Virus record (IMG/VR): IMGVR_UViG_3300031414_000008
Span: 32,001 to 96,000 of that record
DNA from: a virus
Direction: 5' to 3' (one strand)
Length of the DNA: 64,000 nucleotides
The notes below the pieces were generated by a model that searched no databases, was not told where the DNA came from, and saw nothing but the letters and a program-made list of their open reading frames with translations. Numbering within the stretch: position 1 is the first letter of the stretch; the number at the start of each line of letters is the position of its first letter. Positions 1-9,107 of the stretch are shown piece by piece. A program made the translations under genes and the position numbers.

Positions 1-2342
1 ATCATGATGCGGACTTTCTTACCGTCGGTAGAACAGTCGGTTACCACACCTGGCTCTTCGTGATCCCAGATCTCAGCGGCTGAACGATATGGGTTAACCA
101 GGGTCTTGTGCAGACGGCCCAGAACCATGTCGGTTTCAGTCAGCTGGCGTTGCTCGAGGACCGCGTAGACCGGGTCACCGTAGTGCAGCGTTACGCCTGG
201 CTTAGCGAAGCCGCGAGAGTCGAGCTTATTCAGCTGCTCTGCAGTGAACTTGCCACCGAAGGACGCCTTGTACTTCGACAGGTCAGAGACCGTCTCTTTA
301 CTGACGTTGTACTCTACCTTATAGGCGTGGTTCGAAGTCAGCTTCTCGGTCGCTGAACGAGATACAACGATACCATCTTCATGGTTGAAGCCTTTGAACG
401 GCATGTAGGCCGTCTCGAGGTTCTTACCGATGGCGAAGTCGCCGTGCTTCGTGTAGTTGTTGTCAGACAGAACCTGACCGGCAACGACGTTGTCCCCTGC
501 ATGCAGGTTGTGCGGTTCGTCGTCGTGGAAGCCCTTCATGTTGAACGGGAGGTTCTTCACGAAGTCTACACGGTGTTCTTTACCGTCTTCACCCTTGATG
601 TGCACCGAAGTGGCATCGGCTTTGGTGACGGTACCTGTGACCGGGGCGACCGTCGAAACGATCTGGCCGATCTGCTTCACGAAGGTGTGACCGGCGTCAG
701 TCACAGTCTGCACGAGTGGTGCTTCACGGTGAACGAGCGACAGTGCCTGAGGAATCGCCTTACCGGCCATGGTCAGACGACCTGGGTGGTTGGTGTTCAG
801 GAACGGCACGAGGTTAGTCGTGATCGTGTACATGTCGGTACCGGACGGAATCCAGTACTCCACCTCTGAGCGAGGGATAGATTTGAACTCACCGTTGACC
901 TGAGCCTGGACCTGCGGCTTGCCGTTCTTGCGGCCATCCGGGAAACCAATCTTCTTGGTCATCAGTTCGTTCGCTGACAGATAAACCGTCTTGCCGGTCT
1001 TGGCGTCGATCGCACGGGCGTACATTCCGCCTTCCTTGTCACGGCGGGCAGAAATGGTGAAACGCTGGTCCAGACCGGCAGAGGATGACTCTGGCGTACG
1101 GGACGGGTCGATGATCCCCAGGTTCGATGGGTGCACGTTACGTGACTCCATGGTCGCCTGACGTTCAGAGGACATCCCGCCTTCACCTTGAGCGATCAAC
1201 GTTACCTTACCGACGTTCTCGATGGACTCGATCGGGTTAGTTTCGTCCGGGGTTGATGACAGCTGAGAGCCGATCACGAAATCCGTGTAGATCTTGTTGA
1301 AAGGCTTGGCCGGCAGAACGTCACGCAGCGACGGAGCGTCGTCCTTCAGTTTGCTCAAGTTGAACTTGATGCGGTCGAAGGCTTTGCCTACGGTCTGGTG
1401 CTGCTTGTTCTCTTCGAAGCGACGGCCGATGAAGTCCGGCAGGTTCTGAACACGCTTGAACTGCAGGGAGTCACGGTTGTCTTCAGGACGCTTCTTCGAG
1501 TACACGGCAACGATGTTCTTCATCGCACGCAGCAGGGTTTCCGGCTCGATACCGCCGAAGGATTTACCCAGAGTGACTTCCGTCGTCTGCTTGTCCAGAG
1601 TCATTTCACCCAGACGGTGCTTCAGGGCAGCCCCCATCTCTTCCGGAGAAACAGACTTGGTCTGCTCACGACGGTCAACGAGACGACGGTACAGCTGGCT
1701 CAGCGCCAGGTCTTCTTTCCCTTGAGCAAGCTTCTTGTTCGCCTGCCATACTTCGGCCGGCACGAATTGCTGCACGTCGGCGTCAGACAGGCCAAAGCCC
1801 TTGGTCATCAACGGAGCGATAGGGATGTGCAGGTTCTTCCCGTTGATCTTCGAGAAGTAGATCTCCATCGATTTGGAGTCCAGGCCGAGAGAGAACGTCG
1901 CACCCTTACCGGTGTTGATGTTGGTCTCGAGCTCACCGTTCCCGGTCTTACGGGTATACACGCCCGGACGCAGCTGCATCAGGTTGGCTACGGAGTAGTT
2001 GTTCCCTTTGTACAGCAGCGTGTGCTTGTTGGTTACGTGGAAGGTATCCGCCAGGGCGAAGTTCTGGACACGGTCAAGCAGTTTCCCCGTCGCACGGTCG
2101 TGCAGGAGTAACGTACCCCGGATAGGGTACGTCAGGGAGCGAGACTGCAGGATAGCGTCCTTCTCATCGGCCGTGGTGTATTCCTTCTTGTCGACGTGCG
2201 GGTCCACCACGGTAAGGGTGTACTTGCCCGTCTCAATCGGGAATTGCTTAGTGATCCCTTCCATCATCGCACGATCAGTGGCATCGTTGATGTCACGAGG
2301 CGACGAGAAGATAGGGGTCAGTTCACTGGCTGACTTAGGCAT
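1..2342 (-). CDS. rpoB: Multisubunit RNA polymerase beta subunit (5' part; runs off left edge, absent from ORF track)
   Basis: Manual translation from ATG 2342 (GGAG SD) is open to base 1. Motifs RSLTYPIRGTL (region A), QLRPGVY (B), SQLSSTPDETNP and RNVHPSNLGIIDPSRTPES (D), NLVPFLNTNHPGRLTMAGKAIPQA (E), AYMPFKGFNHEDGIVVS (F). Confidence 0.92.
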   Translation of the reverse strand, partial: MPKSASELTPIFSSPRDINDATDRAMMEGITKQFPIETGKYTLTVVDPHVDKKEYTTADEKDAILQSRSLTYPIRGTLLLHDRATGKLLDRVQNFALADTFHVTNKHTLLYKGNNYSVANLMQLRPGVYTRKTGNGELETNINTGKGATFSLGLDSKSMEIYFSKINGKNLHIPIAPLMTKGFGLSDADVQQFVPAEVWQANKKLAQGKEDLALSQLYRRLVDRREQTKSVSPEEMGAALKHRLGEMTLDKQTTEVTLGKSFGGIEPETLLRAMKNIVAVYSKKRPEDNRDSLQFKRVQNLPDFIGRRFEENKQHQTVGKAFDRIKFNLSKLKDDAPSLRDVLPAKPFNKIYTDFVIGSQLSSTPDETNPIESIENVGKVTLIAQGEGGMSSERQATMESRNVHPSNLGIIDPSRTPESSSAGLDQRFTISARRDKEGGMYARAIDAKTGKTVYLSANELMTKKIGFPDGRKNGKPQVQAQVNGEFKSIPRSEVEYWIPSGTDMYTITTNLVPFLNTNHPGRLTMAGKAIPQALSLVHREAPLVQTVTDAGHTFVKQIGQIVSTVAPVTGTVTKADATSVHIKGEDGKEHRVDFVKNLPFNMKGFHDDEPHNLHAGDNVVAGQVLSDNNYTKHGDFAIGKNLETAYMPFKGFNHEDGIVVSRSATEKLTSNHAYKVEYNVSKETVSDLSKYKASFGGKFTAEQLNKLDSRGFAKPGVTLHYGDPVYAVLEQRQLTETDMVLGRLHKTLVNPYRSAAEIWDHEEPGVVTDCSTDGKKVRIM

Positions 2343-2587
2343 TCAAACGTCTCTCCATATAAATTACCACGCAGGTGTAAACGCCGGTTACGTTCGAGAT
2401 GGTGTCCTTGCGGTCCATCACGATGATTTCCCCTGTATTGCTGCGGGTTAACAGCGATTCCAATGCCAGTGTGTCATCATCACCTTCGGCAGAGGGTGCA
2501 CCGATGGTGAAGTGCCCCACACGGTACACAAACAGTGCGGGGTCGAACTGGACGTCTTCTAACGCCGGGGACATCCCCGGCATTGAA

Positions 2588-4330
2588 TTACCCTTGTTGC
2601 TGGGCTCCAGCGGATTCTGAGCCATTTGCTCCTCCTGGTTGTTCTTGTTCGTTGCTACCCGGGTTCGGCATATCGTTCAGCATACGCATCACTGTCTGAT
2701 ACATCGTCGGGTCGTCGTTCTGAAGTTTGAACAGGATATCACGTTGCTGTTCTGGTGTCTGTGCAGCCAGAACTTTTTTCGCGATATTGTACGCTTCTTT
2801 ACGGGAATCTTCGTATCCGGAAGAGTCCTTCTCGGACTGCAGGCCTTTCGACTTAGCGTGCATTGCACGTTCAAGCTTGAAGTCGATGTCGATTTGCTTC
2901 TCAGCCATGGAGATCTGATCGTCGCCCATCTTATCGAGCTCTTCGTCGTAGTCCATACCGTACGCTTCGAGCAGTGTAGACGCAGAGATGACTTTCTCTT
3001 TCCACATGTCGAGCATTGCGGCTTTCAGGGCTTCGTTATCCGTAAGTTTAAACGGCACGAGGTCCACTTCGGTGATCTCGATCGACAGATACTGTGCGAT
3101 CTTTTCCATGACCCAGTTGATCAATTCACGCAGCTGACCAACATAGTTGTTCATGGTGTTCTCGAGCAGACGCAGGCCCACGGTTGATGACGTCCAGTTC
3201 GTGGTACCGGACAGCAGCTCGCGGGATACGCCCATCGACATCAGCTGTTGCTCTTCCGCGTACTGCAGCTCCTGGTTCACGAGCAGTGAACGGCCCTGGC
3301 CTCCGATCTGCTGGTACCCGATTGGGGTCGGAGCGATCAGGATGTGGTTCGGATCGTTCTTCATGTGACGCATCGTCTTCTTCATGTGCTTCGCGAAGCC
3401 ACGCAGAGACATCTGGGCAATAGGGTCACCGCTTGCAGAGTTCTGCTGAGGGAACAGGACACGCAGTGGCACCATGTGCTCGGCCGCCACGGCTTCGTTC
3501 GCCTTACGTAGCATCTGCTGGTAGAACACCAGACCGTAGTGGGAAATCAGCGGAGGAATGCCCAGACCGTCAACCATGTTACCCATGGAGATAGACTTCA
3601 TGTGGTAGATGTTTGAGGAGTCGAACATGTAGTCCTTGCCGTAACGCACCGCGTCTACCATAGACCACGGCACAGTGGCCAGGAACAGTGGGTCGCCGTC
3701 CATGATCTTCCGCTTCACTTCACCAGGGATCGTGTAGTAGAACTCAGACTCACCGGTCACCGGGTTGTGGTTCATTGAAACGTGCTCAGGCTTCCACTTG
3801 ATCAGGTTGATACGGCTGATGTCACGGGACTTGGTGTCCACAACTTTGTACTGCACAGAGTTCATGCATGCTGGGCACTCGCCCTGGAAGACCCACTTCT
3901 TGAAGACGGCCGCATTCGTACGCATCGCTGAACGCACTTCGAAAGAAGACTTACAGTTCGGGCAGTGCAGGTGACGGTCAATCGGGAAGTAGATTGACGT
4001 GTACACGTTCCCGAGCGTGTAGTAATCGAAGCCGGTATCGGACATACGCTCTTTCAGGCGGATGCTCTTGAAGATACGCTTGTACGTCTCGATGGTTTGC
4101 TCGTTGTTCGACTCGATCGTGAACTCAGTGATCGGGTAAGATGACAGTTTGCGGATCACCTCAGTCGTTGTCGGCGCCTGAGTCGTGATGTAGCGAGACC
4201 ACTTGATGATATCGTGGAAGCTTCGCGGGACAAACTGGTTGGCCTGCGTGAAGAATGGGCTTGGCAGCTGACCGACTTCGTAGCTGTCCGCCATTCCGCT
4301 CGGCGTCGGGTTTAATCCAAACATTGACAT
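2588..4330 (-). CDS. Putative portal protein with CxxC...CxxC insertion
   Basis: 580 aa; GIPPL..LVFYQQMLRKANEAVAAEHMVPLRVLFP resembles T4 gp20-type portal motifs; CPNC/CPAC pair. Confidence 0.65.
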   Translation of the reverse strand: MSMFGLNPTPSGMADSYEVGQLPSPFFTQANQFVPRSFHDIIKWSRYITTQAPTTTEVIRKLSSYPITEFTIESNNEQTIETYKRIFKSIRLKERMSDTGFDYYTLGNVYTSIYFPIDRHLHCPNCKSSFEVRSAMRTNAAVFKKWVFQGECPACMNSVQYKVVDTKSRDISRINLIKWKPEHVSMNHNPVTGESEFYYTIPGEVKRKIMDGDPLFLATVPWSMVDAVRYGKDYMFDSSNIYHMKSISMGNMVDGLGIPPLISHYGLVFYQQMLRKANEAVAAEHMVPLRVLFPQQNSASGDPIAQMSLRGFAKHMKKTMRHMKNDPNHILIAPTPIGYQQIGGQGRSLLVNQELQYAEEQQLMSMGVSRELLSGTTNWTSSTVGLRLLENTMNNYVGQLRELINWVMEKIAQYLSIEITEVDLVPFKLTDNEALKAAMLDMWKEKVISASTLLEAYGMDYDEELDKMGDDQISMAEKQIDIDFKLERAMHAKSKGLQSEKDSSGYEDSRKEAYNIAKKVLAAQTPEQQRDILFKLQNDDPTMYQTVMRMLNDMPNPGSNEQEQPGGANGSESAGAQQQG

Positions 4331-4393
4331 GTGGTTTTCCTCATTAATTAGACTACCCGGATTTTAGCGGATTCAACGATGGAAAGCCAGGAT

Positions 4394-4411
4394 GGTATAA
4401 GGAAGGTGTAA
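4394..4411 (+). promoter_or_regulatory. Phage promoter motif GGTATAAG-N6-GTAA
   Basis: ggtataag gaaggt gtaa upstream of SD and ATG 4429. Confidence 0.7.
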
Positions 4412-4428
4412 CCAAACAGGAGAATTTT

Positions 4429-4608
4429 ATGAAATTACTTAATGGCCTGCAGCAGAGTTCCGTATCGATGACCACCATCCTGGCCGCCGGCGCTACCGTC
4501 ATGGTCGTTGCCTTGGCTATCACCGTCCGTGACCATCAGGACCGCATCGAAGATCTGGAGAAACGCTTGGCACTCGCAGGCGCTCCTGAAGTGGAGAAAG
4601 AAGAATGA
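4429..4608 (+). CDS. 59-aa single-pass membrane peptide (paralog 1; not in ORF track)
   Basis: CAGGAG SD; MKLLNGLQQ..TILAAGATVMVVALAITVRDHQDR; ATGA overlap with next gene. Confidence 0.7.
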   Translation: MKLLNGLQQSSVSMTTILAAGATVMVVALAITVRDHQDRIEDLEKRLALAGAPEVEKEE

Positions 4609-4841
4609 GCATCCTGAACGCCCTGAAACAGAATGAAACCCGAACGCTGGCCACTGTTGCGATCACCGTCGCGGCGGCCGCGGCTGTCGGCTGTACGGTC
4701 ATGGCTGTGCGTCAAGACCGCCTGAACCGTCGCATGAATGATCTCGAGAAGTTGGCGAACCTGAATGCAGACGTAACCCTGAACCTGACGCACGTCGTGG
4801 GAAAGCTCTCAAGCACCACCGCTGAGAATCCAATAACGTAA
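4605..4841 (+). CDS. Small single-pass membrane protein (paralog 2)
   Basis: ILNALKQ followed by Ala/Val helix then RQDR. Confidence 0.75.
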   Translation: MSILNALKQNETRTLATVAITVAAAAAVGCTVMAVRQDRLNRRMNDLEKLANLNADVTLNLTHVVGKLSSTTAENPIT

Positions 4842-4850
4842 CGGCAGACT

Positions 4851-4868
4851 GGTATAAGAGTTGTGTAC
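4851..4868 (+). promoter_or_regulatory. Phage promoter motif
   Basis: ggtataag agttgt gtac. Confidence 0.65.
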
Positions 4869-4887
4869 ACAGAATAAGGAATCGATT

Positions 4888-5019
4888 ATGAATACCTCGA
4901 AGTTCATCCGCTTTGCCCGCACTGCAGCCGCAGTTGCACTGACCGCAGCAGCTATCAACCAGATTGCTCTGGAAGTCAAACGTCGCAGTAAAGAGAAGGT
5001 TGTAACGGAAGTCCAATAA
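4888..5019 (+). CDS. 43-aa membrane peptide (paralog 3; not in ORF track)
   Basis: AAGGA SD; RTAAAVALTAAAINQIALEVKRR. Confidence 0.65.
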   Translation: MNTSKFIRFARTAAAVALTAAAINQIALEVKRRSKEKVVTEVQ

Positions 5020-5033
5020 CAGAAAGGGATTCC

Positions 5034-5051
5034 GGTATAAGCTATGTGTAG
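5034..5051 (+). promoter_or_regulatory. Phage promoter motif
   Basis: ggtataag ctatgt gtag. Confidence 0.65.
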
Positions 5052-5088
5052 TAAGAACAATCAATCCATTCTATCCAAGGATCTAATC

Positions 5089-5544
5089 ATGACCACTAAA
5101 AACGAAACCGCAAAAACCACCATCACTCTGGAAACTCTGGCAGAAATGATGGAGACCATGAAAGCCAACTTCGATCACTCACACGCTGAGATCGTGGCCG
5201 GTCAGGAAAAGACTGCACTGAACCTGCAGAACATCGATGGCCGTATCACTAAGCTGGAAGGCGTACAGCCGAAGTTGGATACCGAAGCGAAACTGGAAGC
5301 CGCTGTTGAAGCTGTTAAACCGGGTCTGCTGGGTGGCCTGAAACAAGCGTCTACCACTAAGAAAGTGGTTGTTGCAACCGTTACTACTGCAGCCGTAGCT
5401 GGCGTCGCATACGGTGGCTACAAAGGTTACCAGTACATGCAAGAGCGTAAAGCTCAGGATCTGCCACTGCTGGCAGTAGAAGCTGTACCGTCGGTATCCC
5501 CGGCCAAGCAAGACGCAATCCGCCAGAGCATCGGCAGCAAGTAA
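5089..5544 (+). CDS. Coiled-coil plus C-terminal TM protein (paralog 4)
   Basis: AAGGA SD; LLGGLKQ..VVVATVTTAAVAGVAYGGYK. Confidence 0.75.
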   Translation: MTTKNETAKTTITLETLAEMMETMKANFDHSHAEIVAGQEKTALNLQNIDGRITKLEGVQPKLDTEAKLEAAVEAVKPGLLGGLKQASTTKKVVVATVTTAAVAGVAYGGYKGYQYMQERKAQDLPLLAVEAVPSVSPAKQDAIRQSIGSK

Positions 5545-5607
5545 TTAACCTGAGGGGTCAATAGCTAAGGCCCCTTAACCTTAAAACGAATTGGTAAGGA
5601 TCGAATC

Positions 5608-5853
5608 ATGGAAAAGCAAGAAGAGAAGAAAGTGAACCTGCTGGGCAAACTGAAGCAGTCTGACCAGGGCGTAAAATTGGCTGTAGCAGTTGGTGTTGGC
5701 GTTGCAGCTGGCGTAACCGCTACTCTGGCTGTACAGGCGTACGGCAAAAAGCGTGAGAACGACGCTCTGCGTCTGCAAGCTCCAACTCCTGTGGAATCCC
5801 AGCCACAACGTAACGTTACTATACTGCGACTGCCAGCAATGGGTCAGCAGTAA
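5608..5853 (+). CDS. Small single-pass membrane protein (paralog 5)
   Basis: LLGKLKQ..LAVAVGVGVAAGVTATLAVQAYGKKR. Confidence 0.75.
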   Translation: MEKQEEKKVNLLGKLKQSDQGVKLAVAVGVGVAAGVTATLAVQAYGKKRENDALRLQAPTPVESQPQRNVTILRLPAMGQQ

Positions 5854-5856
5854 GTG

Positions 5857-5898
5857 AGTCCCCTTCGGGGGACTATCCCAAAGGCTTCGGCCTTTTTT
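5857..5898 (+). terminator. Tandem UUCG hairpins, second with U-tract
   Basis: agtcccc-ttcg-ggggact then aaggc-ttcg-gcctt-tttt. Confidence 0.7.
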
Positions 5899-5913
5899 AC
5901 ATTAGGGTTAAGC

Positions 5914-6195
5914 ATGGATATCAAGACAATCATCAAAGACGCACGCGATCCGAACTCGAAGGACAATACCTTCCGTCTACTCTGGGCGAAGTATCAGCAT
6001 ACGGCGGCTCACATCCGGGACAGAAACATCCTGTGTGTACCGATGAAAACGCTGGAAGCGAACATGAATCTCTTAGCTGCGGGGTTGAAGACACTGCGGG
6101 AATGCTCTCCGACGGAGAGAGAAAGAGCCGCACTCGAAGTGATGGATCTCGTCCAACGCTCCGAGGCGACTATGGATCAGCTACTTAAACTGTGA
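5914..6195 (+). CDS. Hypothetical protein
   Basis: ORF, MDIKTII start. Confidence 0.65.
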   Translation: MDIKTIIKDARDPNSKDNTFRLLWAKYQHTAAHIRDRNILCVPMKTLEANMNLLAAGLKTLRECSPTERERAALEVMDLVQRSEATMDQLLKL

Positions 6196-7117
6196 TGTTT
6201 CCGTAGGTGAAGACGCGAGTCTGCACAACGGTTACCTCTGAGTCGTAGTCCAGCTCCCCACCCAGGATAACTTGATGTAGAGCGGCATCGATCGAGAAGT
6301 TCGTCTGGTGCACACCGGTCACGTACACGTCCAGTGAGTCCTTACCGTAGGACAGGTCGATGTCCGGGAAGCCCGTCAGGTTCACGATCTTCGAGCCCTT
6401 CGGCACGGTCTGTGACGCACGGTACTTACGGAAGCGGGCGTTTTCCAGCTTGGTCTTAGACTGACCGGTAACGAGGTCTGAGATGTTCGACTGGTCAATC
6501 CAGTGGATCGCCGTGATGTCGTTCTTCGTCAGGGACGTCTGTCCGAACTTGATGATGAAGCTGAAGCACGCGGTGTTCCCGGTGTCAGGATACATGATCG
6601 GTTCGGCGTTGGTGCTGGTGTACTCACCGCTCGACTTGATGGAGAAACGAGCCACCTTCGTCAGAGAATCCACGCCCGGGACGATAGACTGAGCCGTCGC
6701 CTCTTCCATGTAAGCCTGAACCAGGTACTTGATGCTCTTCCCTGCAGTGCCCGGCGCCGCCAGGTTGACCAGGTTAGTCGGAGCATCGTGAACCGCCATT
6801 GTCGGCACGCGGAAGTACGGGTTGTCGATGTCAAACGGGATTGTCTGAACGAGGTATCCGAACAGGATATTCAGGTTCAGCCCGCCTGGGAAGTACAGGT
6901 TGCCTACGAAGGCCTGATCGGTAGAGAACTGAATCCCGATTGAAGCCGCCGCCAGCGAACCACGGTTGAATGCACCCTTGGTAATATCTAGCTGATCTGC
7001 TAGAATAGCGATGTTGTCGCTAATGTCCTTTAATGGACGGTTATCGACGTCAACGTAGTAAGGGTCGAGGTTCGTGTAGTAACGGACCTGCTTTAATTTC
7101 GATTGAGTTGTGGCCAT
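6185..7117 (-). CDS. Putative virion structural (baseplate/tail) protein
   Basis: GAGAGGA SD; YY..DPYY..VDNRPL..I..N..IL N-terminus typical of baseplate/fibre-attachment proteins; beta-rich. Confidence 0.5.
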   Translation of the reverse strand: MATTQSKLKQVRYYTNLDPYYVDVDNRPLKDISDNIAILADQLDITKGAFNRGSLAAASIGIQFSTDQAFVGNLYFPGGLNLNILFGYLVQTIPFDIDNPYFRVPTMAVHDAPTNLVNLAAPGTAGKSIKYLVQAYMEEATAQSIVPGVDSLTKVARFSIKSSGEYTSTNAEPIMYPDTGNTACFSFIIKFGQTSLTKNDITAIHWIDQSNISDLVTGQSKTKLENARFRKYRASQTVPKGSKIVNLTGFPDIDLSYGKDSLDVYVTGVHQTNFSIDAALHQVILGGELDYDSEVTVVQTRVFTYGNITV

Positions 7118-7160
7118 GTTGTCCTCTCATAGGTGATACACATAGTTTAATAGGTGGAGC

Positions 7161-9074
7161 ATGCAACTAGCTTTTACTCCGGACAGGAGGAACGTTCTGT
7201 TCGTCCCCGAGACGACGGCTGAGGATACCATCCTTACAGCCTTCCCCGCACTGTATAAGGTACGCGGCGAGCGCTTTGCCCCGGCGTTCCCTAGTATTTT
7301 ACAGAACATCGTCACGCGTTTGAAGAAGAAGATCAAGACGATCACGACCAAAGAGAAGGACATCGTTGATCTCCTGAAGCGGGAGCCGACGCTTCTCCCT
7401 ATCCCGTCAGCCTTTAAGTATTTCACCACTCCGCTCGAGCATCAAGAGCTCGCCCTCCGATTTCTCTATACGCGAGGCGGCGGCGGTCTACTGCTGGACC
7501 CAGGCCTGGGGAAAACGAAGGTCGTCCTCGATTACATCGCACTAATGGGCTTTGAGAAGTCACTGATCGTGTGTCCAGTGGCCCTGCGTGACGTGTGGAT
7601 CGATGAGGTTCAGACGCACCGTCCGGACAAGACGATTCACGTCATGGAGTCCACTAACTGGGACTCGCTCATGGTCTCTGCCAAGCAGCGTGCGAAGAAA
7701 TGGGAAGAGGCTCTTGAGCGTGCAGCCGAGGGTTCTGACGGGTGGAAGAAAGCCCGCTCGAACTTGATGACTGCTGAACGTGAGATCAAGAAGATCCCGG
7801 CGTTGAAGCAGAAAGACTTGGACGCAGCCGCAGCGGCGGACATCATCGTGATTAACTATAACAAGGCCACGATCAATAAGGACCTGGCGTCTCACCAGAT
7901 TGCCACCGGTGTCGACTTCCTGACGAAGCACTTCAAGATCGACTTCGTGGCCCTGGATGAAGCCCTGATCAAGGCTCACGACACGGCCCGTACCCGTGAC
8001 CTCCTGAAGCTTGCGTCGGTGGTGCCGTACCGTGTTATCATGTCCGGAACGCTCATCAACAACACCGCCCTCGATGCCTTCGCCCCGATTCGCTTCCTCC
8101 AGCCGGCGCTGACCGGAATGGCGTACGGGAAGTTCGACCAGCACTACGGCATCAAGATCAAGCCGCGGGGCAAGACCTTCTCGGTGACGATCGGCGTGTC
8201 CAAGGCGAACATGCAGGAGATCCGTGAGATTCTCGAGGCGTGTTCGATCGTCATGCGTAAGGAAGACTGGCTGAAGCTTCCGGATAAGCACTTCCACGAG
8301 GTCCGCTTCGAACTCTCCGAGATTCAGAAAGCCATGTACTCCGGGCTCGTCTCAAACTACGCCTACGCTCTGCCTTCCGGTGAAGTGGTGCAGGTCGACA
8401 ACGGTCTGGGGCTGCTCTCGAAGGTCCAGCAGATCGCCAACGGCTTCCTTTACTATAAGGAACAGTCGCAGGATCCGCTGGATATCCTGTTCGGGGCCGA
8501 AAAAGAGGACTCGCCCCGCCAGACCTTCTTCTTCGAGGAACAACCGAAGCTGAATGCTCTGGGCGACCTGATGGACGGACCGATTAAAGGCCGCAAGTTC
8601 ATCCTCTGGTATAACTGCCAGGCTGAACACGAACTCGTCACCAAGTTCCTTGATAGCCGTAGAATCAAGCACGTCTCTGTCCGCGGCGGTACCAAGAACA
8701 CCGGTGCCATCGTCCGACAGTTCAACACCGACCCGTCGATCTCTGTGATGATCTGCCAAGCCAAGGCGGTGAACTATGGTATCACGGTGCTCGGCCGCGA
8801 CCCGGAGCAGCTTGAAAGCATCGATGAGGTGCTGCCGGAATTCTCCACCCGCGTCTACACACACGTCTTCTACTCACTGAACTACTCGCTCGAGGTCTTC
8901 CTTCAGCAGCAGGACCGTTCTCACCGTATCGGTCAGACCCATGACGTCGACTACTTCATCCTCTTGGGTGAATGTGCGGCCGAAACCCAGGTCTACGAAG
9001 CGATGCAGGCGAAGATGGTCATTCGTGAGTCCGTACTCGTGGACTTTTCGAAAAGGCTCAAACCACTGGTATAA
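7161..9074 (+). CDS. SNF2-family SF2 helicase/ATPase
   Basis: LLLDPGLGKT, LDEA, MSGT, QQQDRSHRIGQ. Confidence 0.9.
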   Translation: MQLAFTPDRRNVLFVPETTAEDTILTAFPALYKVRGERFAPAFPSILQNIVTRLKKKIKTITTKEKDIVDLLKREPTLLPIPSAFKYFTTPLEHQELALRFLYTRGGGGLLLDPGLGKTKVVLDYIALMGFEKSLIVCPVALRDVWIDEVQTHRPDKTIHVMESTNWDSLMVSAKQRAKKWEEALERAAEGSDGWKKARSNLMTAEREIKKIPALKQKDLDAAAAADIIVINYNKATINKDLASHQIATGVDFLTKHFKIDFVALDEALIKAHDTARTRDLLKLASVVPYRVIMSGTLINNTALDAFAPIRFLQPALTGMAYGKFDQHYGIKIKPRGKTFSVTIGVSKANMQEIREILEACSIVMRKEDWLKLPDKHFHEVRFELSEIQKAMYSGLVSNYAYALPSGEVVQVDNGLGLLSKVQQIANGFLYYKEQSQDPLDILFGAEKEDSPRQTFFFEEQPKLNALGDLMDGPIKGRKFILWYNCQAEHELVTKFLDSRRIKHVSVRGGTKNTGAIVRQFNTDPSISVMICQAKAVNYGITVLGRDPEQLESIDEVLPEFSTRVYTHVFYSLNYSLEVFLQQQDRSHRIGQTHDVDYFILLGECAAETQVYEAMQAKMVIRESVLVDFSKRLKPLV

Positions 9075-9075
9075 G
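9068..9075 (+). promoter_or_regulatory. Phage promoter motif core
   Basis: ggtataag overlapping upstream stop, before SD of 9108. Confidence 0.55.
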
Positions 9076-9107
9076 AAAAACGTGTGGATACACAATAGAG
9101 GTTGGTA

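Noticed and set aside
8603-8612. Intragenic GGTATAA hits (about 8607 and 48755)
   Set aside because: Deep inside genes, with no nearby start and no GTAA element; consistent with chance W/G-Y-N/K codons.
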